From: Dipteris shenzhenensis
Lineage: Eukaryota
NCBI GenBank assembly: GCA_047967505.1
Contig: CM106538.1
Strand: one strand, 5' to 3'
Length of the DNA: 64,000 nucleotides
Below are positions 50,331 through 62,865 of the stretch, piece after piece. The notes beneath the pieces are model-generated. The model ran no database searches and was not told the DNA's origin. It saw nothing but the letters and a program-made list of their open reading frames with translations. Position 1 is the stretch's first letter; each line of letters begins with the position of its first letter. The position numbers and the translations under genes are program-made.

Positions 50331-53233
50331 TTCCTACCTTGATTCAAGTAGAGAAATCCCTTGTACATTTTAGATTCAACTTTTTCATAATATAGGGCAC
50401 CATGATGGTGCATGCAGCACCACCATCAGCATATACACTTTTGATGTAGTAGTTATAAATGATGACATCTATCATCTATGGGTGGCGATCGATACCTTTA
50501 GAAATTGATGAAATCTCTCATACTTTTCCCTTCTTCCCTTGCTACAGCTCACACTTCATGTTGGGGCTTAATGCTATCAGTTGAGGAGGCATGGAAATTA
50601 GCCAAGACAATAGTAACCATTACATGTCTCAGAACTGAGTAGTTGGTGCCAAACCAACCGAAGAACTTAACCTTGGAATGGAAGACAAACCTCCAGTGGG
50701 TAAGGGTAAGTGACAATCTCTCTTCTGGATAAAGATTCTAGCTGCTCTAGGTCTACTAGCAGCCAACCAACACTACAACAATTATTTTGACAAAGGAAGA
50801 ACTCCTCTTCTCAAGGGTACCTGATTAGCAAGGCATTCAAAGAAGGGCTCCGAGTAGTCTACAACTTTCTCTCAGAGTTCATCGGGTTGAAGAAAAGTAT
50901 AGGGTATGTGCCATGGTAGTATGGGCTTGGATGATTATAGTGGTGGGGGATAACCAAGAGGTAGAATCATTCTCTACCTCCAAGAATACTTTTGAGTCCC
51001 AACTCAAGGTGGCCAGAAAAGGCTAGGCACACTACAAACTCAGGCCACATCTATTATGTTGCACCACATACTCACATCAGGTGAGGTGCATCGGCCTAAT
51101 ACAATTCCTACACAAGTTGGAGGAGTAGAGTCATCGGGTGCCAAGGATGATAGCAAGAAGCCATCTAATTATAAAGAATATGGCTCCAAGGAGCATAGTG
51201 ACTATAGTGGTCAGAAGGCCTCGGAGGGGAACATCAGTGAGGGCACCTCACTAGAACATTCTAAGAAGACAAAGACTAGCAAGGTGGCCACGAATGAGGT
51301 GGACACTGAACATCACAAGCAAGAGATGCTTGTAGGTGATAAGGCTACCACCAAGCAATCCCAATAGATGTCGGCCCCAATAGAAGCAGTTAGAGAAAAA
51401 AATTGGTGTAGCAGTGACAACTTCATGTTGACGCTCTAGATTTCTCACTCCCAATGGGTAAACTCACAAGTGCTTGGTGCTCATGAACAAACCAAACTTG
51501 TGCAATGCTTAGGTGAAAATGTTCACTCTTAAAATCCAGTAACTGCTGATTATATATGCCTAAGATGATGAAACGGATGCCTCCAAAAAGTGATAAAAAT
51601 TAAATGAAAAGCATTTAAAAAAGGATTAATTTAAAAGGCAATTTATATATGTGTATATATATATAAATTAAACGAAAGAGTCCTTTTTGGGCTTTGTAAT
51701 TCATCTACCACCAAAAGAGTCCTTTTTGGATCCAATTTCTAGATCTGCAGAGGTAGGGAAGTATTGTGAGAGGCTACGCATGGATGGCCGGTTGCAAGGA
51801 GTTGTTGGGCGGCAAACACCTAAGTTGTTGGGCATTTACCACTTATTAAGCATCTGGCCTCGACCATGCTCTCAACAATTTACCATTGTTTTAGCATTTG
51901 GCCTCGGCCATGCTCTCAACAGCCTTCATGTGAAGTTGGATCTCTATGTTTAGAACCCAAGTGGCCACCAAGGGTTTAAAGTACTCAGATATGAGAGATG
52001 ACTGGCTTTACTTCACAAGCCACATAGGGCCCGAAACTTTGAGTGTGGCGGCAATGTTTTTTGAAGCCACCGGATTCAGTCTAGCACATTTGTTCACCTC
52101 TTGCCCAGTTGGAGTGCCCATAGGGATTGTGCTATATTGATATGAAATGCAATATAGAAAGTCCTGTGGCCACCCTTTGCATCCATTTTTGGCCCTTCAT
52201 CATCTCGAGTCATTTTGTGCAGGAGTGTTTTGCAGGACCTTGACAATTCTTATGTTAGAACACATAAAAAATCAGGCGCTGCCCATCCTTAGGAGCTTCT
52301 TTCTTGAGGCTGAGGTCACCAAGAGGTATCTGTCTACCTTCATCCTCCATATCAAAGCTTTTGAAGCATATATGTTTGCCCACAAATGTACTTTTGGACA
52401 GATAGTGAATTGAAGAAGCTTGATGAAGTAAGAAGAAGATAAGTGCTCTTGCAAAGAGAGAGAGAGATCTGGCTAGAAATGAAGGCTGAAATAGGCCTAG
52501 GCAGATGGTGAACAAATGCAGCATGGAAGCGACTATCAGGTCAACAAGATTTGGGGCAAAAATGCTCAGCAAGTCATTGGTGAATTATAGATAGAAGTGC
52601 AAGAAAGCAATTCTGAAACCAAGACCTTGGTGTCTTGGTGAGGATGTTTGACCTTGAGATGTGGTTGGATGAGGAGTCGAAAACTTTTGTGAAAGTGAAG
52701 GATATTGATGAGTGCTTGGAGTCATCCAGGTGCTAGCTAGTATGGCTGACGTAGAGGAGGATTCTTTGCTAGAACCTGTAGATTCCTTGACGTAGGAGGG
52801 GGCTACACATGGAAGCTGGGAGCTTAGTGCAAGCTCATGGTCTATGTAATCTAGATTTATGCTTAGGATTTGATTTCTCGAGTATGTTGTTTAGTTGTGG
52901 ACTTGATAGACCCTAAGAGCATGGTGTTTGGAGAAACTCAAGTAGGTATCCTTTTAAGGGGACATTTGGAGGATGCCGGTGCCTAGAGTGCTAAAGTTCA
53001 AAGGTGGGTATGTGATTGAAGGATGTGGTGCCATCGGGTCCTACCAAAGATGGACTTATGTACCAAGTTGGTTTGCTTCCACGGGACTAGACCTGCTGGA
53101 GCAGAAGCCACTGGTTAAAAGAGCAAGAAGTAATATAGACACCGCATTGTTCCAAGGGGCTACAACATGGGCACTGCATTAGCATCTTCATCGATGAGTT
53201 GGGATATGAATGAGATGTGTCGGTAAGTGGGGG

Positions 53234-54005
53234 TGTTGGGAAATTCCTCCCCATCTATAAGCCTCCATATGAGGAGAGCAGGGGGGAGGTGGACCTAGGG
53301 TTAGGGCTACCACATGGGCAGCTTATCGACGGCTATCATGTGGGTAGTAAACTCAAAGGGAATACAAAGAAGAGGGGGCTGCCACATCGGCAACATCTAG
53401 GCTGCCAGGTGGGAAGCATACAAGCAATCAAGGAAAGGAATATGGGGCTGTCCCATGGGTAGCACATAGGCTTCCATATGGACAACACAATCATAGACTT
53501 ACCTGGCCATGAGTGGAGCTCTTGGTGGAGAGATTCTGTATGGAGCAAACATGTGACAAGGTGGAACTATTCACAATAATTTTGGGTAAGATCTGGAGCT
53601 TGGAACATGTTGACTAGAGAATGGAGGCCTGTGCAAGACTGTGTGGACATCCTGGAGTAGTCAAGGTGAGATTGGATGGATTGGAAGAGCTGGTACAGCC
53701 AGAAGTGCATGGATCTGTAGTTGCCTTCATGACAAGTGTCTGCAGCAGCATGTATGAGGCTGGTACAGTAGATCTAGGGCAAGATGTAGCACTGGTACAG
53801 ATGTGAAACAGTAGGTAGAAGGCTGGAACTGATAGGCGATTGGCAGGACTAGACCATGGGCTAGAGATCAGGGCTAAAACAGGCCTAGGAAGATGGCGAA
53901 CAGATGCAACATGGGAGCGACTATCAGGTCGGCAGGATCTTTGGCAAAAATGCCTTGCAACATGGCATTGGTGAATTATAGATAGAAGTTCAAGTAAGTA
54001 ATTGT
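53234..54005 (+). mobile_element. LTR-like fragment preceded by a polypurine tract
   Basis: aagtggggg|TGttggg; similar to 56363-56600; 53860-54005 repeats 52470-52612. Confidence 0.55.
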
Positions 54006-54181
54006 GGCAAAGCAAAAATTCAAGTCACTTATATCGTATAGATGGTCTTGCAGATGAAGAACCAGTACTGCGTGGTCATAGGCAAATACAACGTTTGTCT
54101 TCTATGTCCCTTTGCCATGAGTAGTCTTTCTCTGTATGCATTTGAGGGTTGAATAACATTGCATTGTTGTTTTGTTAATGG

Positions 54182-54428
54182 CTCGGGGGGGTCACTCATC
54201 ATATGTAACCCTATCACGTGAGTTCAACATAAGGATATTTTTTATTTCTAAAATTTACGAAAATAAATATACATAAGGGACTATTTAAAATAGTTTTGGA
54301 AAAAATTTACAGATTTGTATAGAAAAGGGGTACATTTTATTAATGAAAAAATTTACAGATAAGGGATTTTAAATATAGGCCTTGAACGCACGTGATATAG
54401 AGGGTTTATACATAGTGACCCCCCCGAG
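54182..54428. mobile_element. MITE copy 2 (247 bp, opposite orientation), 8-bp TSD GTTAATGG
   Basis: TIR ctcgggggggtcact...agtgacccccccgag; TSD at 54174-54181 and 54429-54436. Confidence 0.95.
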
Positions 54429-54849
54429 GTTAATGGTGTGTTGTAGCTTCTACTCTTGACATGGTCTGCTTTCCTCTTAAGGTCACATTGTACATATGGG
54501 CCAATAGCAGAGGTGTAGGAGTATATTCACCCCACGAGTGTATGGATTTTGTATAGACCCAGGAGCAAGGGTATATATGCTTTGTATAGACTGGGGAGTA
54601 TATTCATTTTGTATAGATCTAGGAGCCAAATATATTAATTTTGTGTAGACTTTGGAGTAAATTCATTTTGTATAGAGTTGAAGCCAGTATATTTGTTTTG
54701 TATGGAGTCAAGAGTGAGATGTATAGTATATTCATTTCAGGAGGGTTATTTTTTTTTGTATAGATTCATGGGGATATTTGTTTCATATTGATCCATAATA
54801 TGTTCGTTTTATTTGGGTCAGCAAGCTTTTGCTTGCATTTTAAGATTAG

Positions 54850-55136
54850 GGCATTGTGTCTTGGAAATCTCGCCCTTCTCGGATGTTCTCTCTTCGAATG
54901 CATTGATCTCGCAGGATACACATAACAGGGCCAAGGTGAGCAGGCAATGGATGCATGTAGCATGAGAGCTATGATATCATATTGTGCTGCTCTTATGGAC
55001 ATGTATACATTATAGGATACGTATAACAGAGATAGGGTAGCAAGCACTGGACCATTTTTGAACTTATGCAACATGAGGGCTATAATATAATATTGTGCTG
55101 GGCATTGCTCTTTTGGACATGTATGGCAAATGTCGT

Positions 55137-55210
<74 letters not shown>

Positions 55211-55593
55211 CCCCTCAATGTGCAGGTTCCTTCTCGGAATTTTCGTTGTCTTGGAATGCATTGATCTCATAGGAACAGCACAATAGGACCAAGCCCATTG
55301 TCTTTTGGCAATGATCTTTTGGACATGTATGCCGAGCGTGCGCTTGAGGAGCTTCCAGCTCAGAATGTTCTCTCTTGGAATGCATTGACAAGGTCAAGGT
55401 AAGCAAGCACTGGATTGTTTTGAAAGCATTCAGCATGAAGGCATCCCTCCAAATGCAATGAACTATGCTTGCATCTCTAAAGCCTATGGTAGTTGCAAGA
55501 GAGAGCTGTCTGCAAAATATTATCGTGCAAAATATTATGTGTGCTTGAGGAGCTACCTTCATGAAATTTGTCTCTCTTGGAATGCATTGAAAG

Positions 55594-55636
<43 letters not shown>

Positions 55637-55710
55637 CTATTTTGAATGCATGCAACATGAGAGTGGCCCTTTGGATGCAGTGATCTATGGTTGTGCCTTG
55701 AAAGAGTGGG
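54850..55710 (+). pseudogene. Degenerate PLS-class PPR repeats interrupted by (CT)n tracts
   Basis: VLGIALLDMYGKC, ALMDMY, repeated SWNALI-like motifs, QGQGEQA, FECMQHE. Confidence 0.8.
55138..55208. repeat. (CT)n microsatellite (a second tract at 55595-55633)
   Basis: Directly visible. Confidence 0.95.
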
Positions 55711-55789
55711 AGATGTAGAGAGAAAGAGAGAAGGAGAGAGTGATGGAAGTAGTGAGGAAAGGAGAGAGACAAAGAGTGATGGAAGCATC

Positions 55790-57750
55790 TGCAAAGCCCA
55801 TGGCCATGCTGGCTACAGCCAGCACACATTGCCATGCAAGCAACCACATTAGCTGCCACATAGGTAGCCAAGTCGGTTGTCACATGGGTAGTCAACGACA
55901 GCAGCCAATCATATAGACACCACCACATTAGTGCACAATAGCCACATCAGCAACGTGGCAGTCGGTGATTGGAGCAGATGCAGCCCGACCAACTTGGTCG
56001 GGACAAATTTGGCCATGGGGTTGCCTGCCTTGGTCGGTCATTTCTAAGGCCCAAGGGAGCCTATAAAAGGTAGCTGCCTTGGCCTCTTTTGTCATTCACT
56101 TCCAGGGTTGAAGAGTGCAGCCAACAGTAGTATTTTGTAGTTGAGGTTAGGCTAGGATTAGGAGCAGCGAATCTGGTTCATCCTTGGTGTCCATAGGACA
56201 TCTTCCAAGTCCCTTCATTTTGGACAACAGTAGCAGCATTAGGGTCTGCATCAAAGCATCCCTCTTCTACTTATCTACAGTGAGGGTTCATCCCACCATA
56301 CAGTACTTATTCTTTGAGTTGTGTTCAGCCCTATTGGGAATACATTTATGTTGGCAATAGGCAGGTCACCTCCCCATCTGTACGTTCCCAAATGAGGAGA
56401 GTGTGGGGGAGGTGGACCTAGGGCCAGGGCTACCACATGAGCATTTGATTGGATGCCTTTGTGGGCAGCATGCCCTGAGGGAAAAAGAAAGAGAGGGGGT
56501 TGCCACATGGGCAAGCACCTCACAGTAGAGCAAGGGGACTACCACATGGGCAGCACATGGGAAGCCATGTGTGCAACACAAGAAATGAGTACCTGGCACC
56601 AAGATGGACAACAACCGGCTACATAAAGAGACTAAGAAAGACCACGATGTTGTCAGCATGGGTACAGCTTGGTACGGATGCTTGGAGTAGACTATATAGA
56701 GGTCCACGTGGCTTGACAAAAGGCAGATCCAAGGCAGGAAGGAGGTGCAGCTATGGTGTAGATCTATAGGTGTCTAGCAAACCCTTAGGGCTTGCATTGG
56801 ACCACAATTTGGGGTAGGAAAGGCCCTGGACAGATGGCAGGGAAGATGGAGCACATAGGCGAGGGTTATGGGTAGGTGGTAGGCCTGCAATAGGCCCTAG
56901 GATAGGGTAGATATGCTAGGCACCCAGGTGGCCAGGAGCAGTAGTAAAAGGGCTGGCCATGGGGCCTTAGATAGAGCCCTACTGGGTCGGCCTAGTAGGC
57001 AGGTCAGCCAATAGGGGGGCTGCTAGGTTGGCCCATTTCCCCGTACTAGATCAGTTGATATTGGGCCTTATAAAAGGGCCCCTTCTAGGGCTCATAAGGC
57101 ATCACTTGGAGCATCAATCCAAGAGTAGGAAGGCTTGCAATAGGCCCTAGCATAAGGTAGGTGGTAGGCTTGCAATAGGCCCTGGGATAGGGCAGATATG
57201 CTAGGCACCCAGGTGGCCAGGAGCAGCAATAAAAGGGCTGGCCATGGGGCCTTAAATAGAGCCCTACTAGCTCAGCCCAATAGGCAAGTCAACCAATAGG
57301 GGGGGCTACTGGGTCGGCCCATTTCCCCCTACTAGGTCGGTTGGTTTTGGGCCTTATAAAAGGGCCCCTTCTAGGGCTCATAAGGCATCACTTGGAGCAG
57401 CAATTTAGGAGTAGGAAGGAGCGGCAATGCAATAGCAAGGAGCAGCAACAATAGGTCCATCCTTGGGCCTATACATAGGAGCCGAAGGAGACGTACAAGG
57501 GCTGTAGTCTTAGCTCAAGGTGCTGCCCACCTAGGCTGGCTACCCGGATAGCAAGGTGGAAGGGATCACTGACAGAGAGTCTACATAAACTCAGTGGAGC
57601 ATGCAGTATTAGGGATTTGAAGGTGACAGCAAGATAGTAGTACAACATTTTGGTAAGGCCAGAGGACCATGTATTGGTGGGACTCTAAGCCTCTCTTTTG
57701 TATTGTGTCCTTCTGTGGTTGGACATAAATATCTTTGGCAATAAGAGGTG
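55790..57750 (+). mobile_element. Adjacent LTR-like fragments with TATA boxes and an internal ~285-bp tandem duplication (56871-57133, 57157-57419)
   Basis: cctataaaagg at ~56060; ccttataaaaggg twice; homology to the 53234 LTR-like start; exact ends and TSD unresolved. Confidence 0.55.
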
Positions 57751-57888
57751 GAGTGGAGGGAGAGCTAGGAGATTTGCCACGTGTTGTTATGGTGCCCTTT
57801 CCATCTTGACACGCCATAGTAGAGGCACTTGGGCATCACTGTGTAGGAGCAAGGCAGAAGAGAGAAGCCATCTACTAACACGAGTGAG

Positions 57889-58023
57889 GACTCAGAGGCG
57901 GCAATTCATGACTGTAGACAGCAAGTAGATATGAGTTGGGAACTTTGGCAATGGGACTGACCAGAGGCGGCAAGTCATGACTGTAGACAGCAAGCAGATA
58001 TGAGTTGGGAACTTTGGCAATGT
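57889..58023. repeat. ~70-bp tandem duplication
   Basis: cagaggcggcaa(t/g)tcatgactgtagacagcaag(t/c)agatatgagttgggaactttggcaatg occurs twice. Confidence 0.9.
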
Positions 58024-58517
58024 GAGAATAGATTGGTGTCATGGTGACTGGTCTTCACGGCTAACGAGTGATGGAGTGGAGTGGAGAGTGTGCATAGCAA
58101 AGAACAATCGCGCAGATTGGAACAATCTCGCAGATTGGAACAATCGAGCTAAAGGATTGGCTACACACTGGTAGAGTGGACGGCGATGCAGAAGAGCATG
58201 GTTGGCAACGCAACAAACAGAGCACAGTGATTGAACTCTTTTGCTCTTTTATCAACAGTAGAAGGGGAAGCATAGTCTGGATGAGGGGTTGCGAGGCAGG
58301 CACGTGTCGGTCCACATGGATGCACATTGTCTGTCAGACAGCCACGAGGCGAGTTGCTGACGTGCGATGCCATGGCAGTGAGCGGTTTAAATGAAATCTT
58401 TTTTTTTTCAAAAATTTGTGCTTAGTTTATATATTCACACACACACACAACATTTTTAAAACCTTTTAATAATCCTTTGTCAAATGCTTTTCATTTAATT
58501 TTTATTTCTTTTTGAAG

Positions 58518-58519
<2 letters not shown>

Positions 58520-58569
<50 letters not shown>
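58520..58569. repeat. (GA)n microsatellite
   Basis: Directly visible. Confidence 0.95.
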
Positions 58570-58572
<3 letters not shown>

Positions 58573-58621
58573 TTTTGGTCCTTGCTCTTCGGTTCGTAGC
58601 TATTGGTATTGTTTTTCTCTA

Positions 58622-59780
58622 TGTTTGATAAGAGTTTGAGTATCAACTAATAGCCTAGTAGCTCTCACTTATTTCTACTTTCTAAGATATTATATGGGAT
58701 TGAGAGAATGAGTGGAATGGATCATTGTAAATACCATGTGTATGAATGATAAATACCTTGGTATGGGATGAGAGTTATTTGTGTATAGGATATTATGGGG
58801 TTTAATTTAGAAAATAGGAAGAGTGAGATATAAAGAGGTGGGCTCCTATTCCAATAATATTGTAAATACCATGTGTATGAATGATAAATACCTTGATATG
58901 GGGTGAGAGTTATTTGTGTATGAGATATTATGGGGTGTTTAGAAAATAGGAAGAGTGAGTCATATAAAGAGGTGGGCTCATGTCCATGTGTTCCAATAAT
59001 ATAAGAGAGATCACATGCCAAGCATGTGGAAGGCATGTGGAGGATTGTGGAGTCAAGAGGAATCCTTCTAGAATTCCTATGTGGAATAAGGAGGACATGG
59101 ACATATGGAAAAGACAGGGTCCCTATGGGCTCCATGTGGGGAGACTCTTAACTTTCTCAATATTTTAAGAGTCTTGAGCATCTTTTGATGGGACACATGG
59201 CAAGAGTAGCCAAAAAGGACATGGATGGTGACATATGGGCTTATGTGATTGATGGGGAAAGGAATCTATAGGAGGGTGACAAAATCTCTATAAAAGAAGC
59301 CCTCCTCTCCCTTGTTCATCATCTCTTCCACCATTAGGCCTCATGTTACTGTAGCTCTAGTCTCCTCAAGCCTCTTCCACGAGCCTTCTCTCCCTCTTGT
59401 AGATATTCTCTTATGTAGACTCTTGAGTCCATCTCTCTCTAGTTTATTCTCTCTCTCTATGAGTAGTCTTGGAGATTCTGCTCCCTCTTGTATGTACGAA
59501 ACCTCTTATTCTCCCTTGTGTTTCTAGTTTTTTGAGTTGCATTGGAGTGGAGTCTCACTCTATTGACAATGAAGCTCACTTCATATTCCCTCTCTTGAGT
59601 CTCTCTGCCCTTTTCTCTCTTCCAAAGTGCTCAAAAGTGTTGTCTATTCGGCCGCTCATTGCACATACATGGTTTATCTATTTCCTAAGCCATAAAGAAA
59701 GATCTTCCTTCCCTCCTAAGTGACCTCTATGGGACTTGGATCGTTGATGAAGTCTAAGCATGGAGGTAGTATTCTCCCAA
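58622..59780 (+). mobile_element. Probable 5' LTR region of the gypsy relic whose gag lies at 61242; contains a ~135-bp tandem duplication
   Basis: TG start; duplicated ttgtaaataccatgtgtatgaatg block (58725 and 58860); TATA ctataaaag at ~59288; CT-rich leader; 3' end and PBS unresolved. Confidence 0.4.
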
Positions 59781-61241
59781 CTTGGCACCAGTAGAAGGAG
59801 TAGGTGTTTTTCATGACAGTTTGACCCCTTGTCAGTATTTTGCTCATAACTTTTAGCTCGATGGTCAAAACTTATATCAACATGAATCTCTCTTCAAGGA
59901 TCATCATCGTATGTTTTTAGTTATTGTATTAGATATCAAACCAAAAATCTATGACTCTCTGTGTGTGATCGTTTTTTTTTCAGATAATTTTTACCCCCAT
60001 CCAGTAAACTGCCCATATCTTTCTGACCGCTTCTCTGTTTCTTACGAAACTTATATAAGGCCGAAGCCTATTTCAAGGCTCATCTTGATATGTGCTTGAA
60101 TATTTAATATCATGTTTTTGCTGAAAGTTATGAGTCTCTCTGTCTTATGATATTTTCAGAGTGTTTTGAGCTAATTGTAAAGGTATCTATGAAGGAGGTG
60201 CAATGTTTCCTCGAAACCTACCCATTCAACCCAATCAGCCCCTTCAAACTCCTTGGTATATATCAGTTCATGTCATGTTGAGCTACAATATCTTTTTTCA
60301 ACAACGTATCACTCTTGTCTTTGGCGTAGACTGGCTTGCTGAGATTATGGCCTCCATTGATCCTTTCCTTCTCCCTATCCTTGAGTATAACATCACTTGG
60401 GATGTTACCATCTTCATTCTCATCTAAGGGAGAAAAGTATGGTGTGGTCTCTTGGTATAAAAGCTTATTTTTAATGTCCCTTTCCCAGTGATAAATATCT
60501 CTATCACTCAGTTCGAAAGCAGTAGGAAGTGAAGAGGTGCATGAAGTATATTACCCCCAACTTCATGTCACATCTTTTAGTGGAGACGTTGGGTACGTTT
60601 GGTATTGGATTCATCCCACCTTACTAAATGGCCTCGGGTGTAATGGATTGCATGTTATGCCTAGTATAGGCATGTGTTTTTTGATGTGATAAAGAAGATG
60701 CCTGGAAGAGCTCGATTAGAAGAAATTGCAACCCATTTAAGAGAACTAGAAGATTGTGAAGGTGATGCTCAAGCTATTCGCACAGTCATCATGATCATAT
60801 CCTTTATGTTTGCACTCTTGAATATGTTGGTGAATCGACAATGCCGGCAGCACGCATAATGATAGATGGGGATTGCTTTATGCACTGGCAGCTTGGTGTG
60901 AAGAAGAGTTGAGTCTTTGTGTAGTTTTTGACCATAATAGTGGAGTGGTGATTCTCAATGCTTTCAACTTCTTTTGCTATGAAAATGATGAAGAGTACAA
61001 TATCTTGAAGCTATTATGTGCACTTCCAATTGTGACAAGGATGATTCTTGAATGCATGTATACACAATGTTTTCACGGTGCTAGTTGGTCACTTATTTTT
61101 GAAGATTTTGTTGAGGATCACATTGTGGAGGGTTTTCAACAGGTGTTTATGCATAGTAAGTTGGTCTTGGTATACTAAGGCTTTGTGGGATCTTGTTTGG
61201 ATCTTGTTTGGGATATTATTCGAATCTTGGTGTTTTTCATC

Positions 61242-61778
61242 ATGGTGAATATTCCAGTGTTTTGAGGGACCCAAGGGGAAGACCCAGCATCTTATCTTTG
61301 GGATTTTGTTCAAGGATGTCGGCTTTCTGGATGGTCCATGAAGGATCGAGTGGAGATTTTGCCTATTTCTTGAAGGTGTAGCCTTGAGTTGGCATGAGGC
61401 CTTGCCGGACTCTAACAAGGAGGACTGGAACCAAGTGGCACCAGGCTGCAATGAAGCAGAGATTTGGGGCATTGGAGTCGCCAAATGCTTTGATGTTATA
61501 GTTGGACTAGTTCTATCAAGGAGAGGGTGAGATGGTCTCTGTGTTGGCAATCGGATATGAAACTCTATGGACAAAGTATGAAAGGGCAGCTTCGCGAGCT
61601 ATGGCATTTGCATCATCGGCCCCTCAAAGTCTTGTAGGGATGGAGCACTTAAAGATGAGAAAATTTTTTATGCATTTGGAGCCTTATCTTCACTCAAAAG
61701 TAATGATTAAAGATCCAACAACATACGTGGAGGCACTTCGCATTGCAACCAAGAAAGAATCTTCTCTAAAGATCGGCT
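61242..61778 (+). pseudogene. Ty3/gypsy gag relic, cut off at ~61778
   Basis: MVNIPVF*GTQGEDPASYL...FLEGVALSWHEALPDSNKEDW...KFFMHLEPYLHSKVMIKDPTTYVEALRIATKKE. Confidence 0.8.
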
Positions 61779-62267
61779 AGGGGAAGGGCAGAGGCTAGAG
61801 GTAGGGGAGCGGATGAGGATGGGGGGACAATGGAGGTGGGGGTGGAGGTGGAGGTGGAGGTGGGATGTAGAGGTGCAGGTGGATCGGTGGTAGCAGCATG
61901 AGCTCTAGCTCTAGAGGCTCTCTTGCACTCACAAGCCTTCCGCTTGCGCTCCTCGTCAATGAGATTTGGGGGGGGGTTCCTACATCTTTCACGTCTACTA
62001 GCTCTACGGCTTTGAGAACCCATTCTCAATGAAAGTAGGATGGAAGGTATGACAAAGTGATGAGGAGGCAAGAATGGCTAAGAATGGGTGAAATGAACCA
62101 AAACGTGGTGTCTTATAGAGAGCCTCAACTCATCCACTAGATTGCTCTTAGATTGCTCTTGATTATTATTGGTGGAGAGGGTGCTAAGATTGAAACTAAT
62201 TGGCTAGAATCCAGCGTCAATTTTGAATATTTGCATCGTTTGATTTTATTCCAGTTTGTACCTCCAA

Positions 62268-62495
62268 ATACCTCGATCATGGTCATAAACCTCAATCGAG
62301 GTATGCTATGCCTAGGTCATATACCTCGATTGAGGTATTCAATGCCGCAGGTCGACGAGGTACTCTATGCCCCATGGTCATATACCTTGATCGAGGTATT
62401 CTATGCCTCACCCAGGTCATAAACCTCGATCGAGGTATTCTATGCCTCGCACATCGCGGTCATAAACCTCGATCGAGGTATTCTATGCCTCGCGC
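62268..62495. repeat. About 6 tandem copies of a 33-43-bp unit containing the palindrome ACCTCGATCGAGGT
   Basis: Consensus ggtcata(a/t)acctcgatcgaggtattctatgcc. Confidence 0.92.
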
Positions 62496-62509
62496 ACATC
62501 GTGATGTGT

Positions 62510-62865
62510 ATACATGTGGCTGATGTGGCACCATGCATGGTCATGATGTGGCAATATGGTGTGGAATATATGAGTCTCTTCCATGACATGGAAATGTGAT
62601 GTGGCATGATGAGTTGGCATTCATGAGGTGGTAGATTGACATGGCAAATTGAGGTGGAGGGATTGGTGATGTGGCAAGGTTGACGAGGTATGCCAAGGTG
62701 GCAAGGTGTGATGACATGGCTCCAAGAGTTCCTATGATGTGGAATGATGAGGTGGCACATGTGGTTGATGTGGCAACATGTGTGGCAATGTAAGGTGACA
62801 TGGCAAGGAGTGATGTCACATCTCCTTGATGACATGGCACCATGCGGTCTAACAACATGGCATGG
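62510..62865. repeat. Degenerate array of (G)ATGTGGCA / ACATGGCA motifs
   Basis: More than 10 copies visible. Confidence 0.8.

Noticed and set aside
50560-51500. Host gene in ORF 51056-51367
   Set aside because: No recognisable domain; an adjacent ELNLGMEDKP motif suggests more gypsy debris, but it is too weak to call
54766-55270. ORFs with RE/LS/HT dipeptide runs (also 41095-41436)
   Set aside because: Microsatellite translations
62268-62495. CRISPR-like array of palindromic repeats
   Set aside because: Spacers are only a few bases and not unique, there are no cas genes, and the context is eukaryotic
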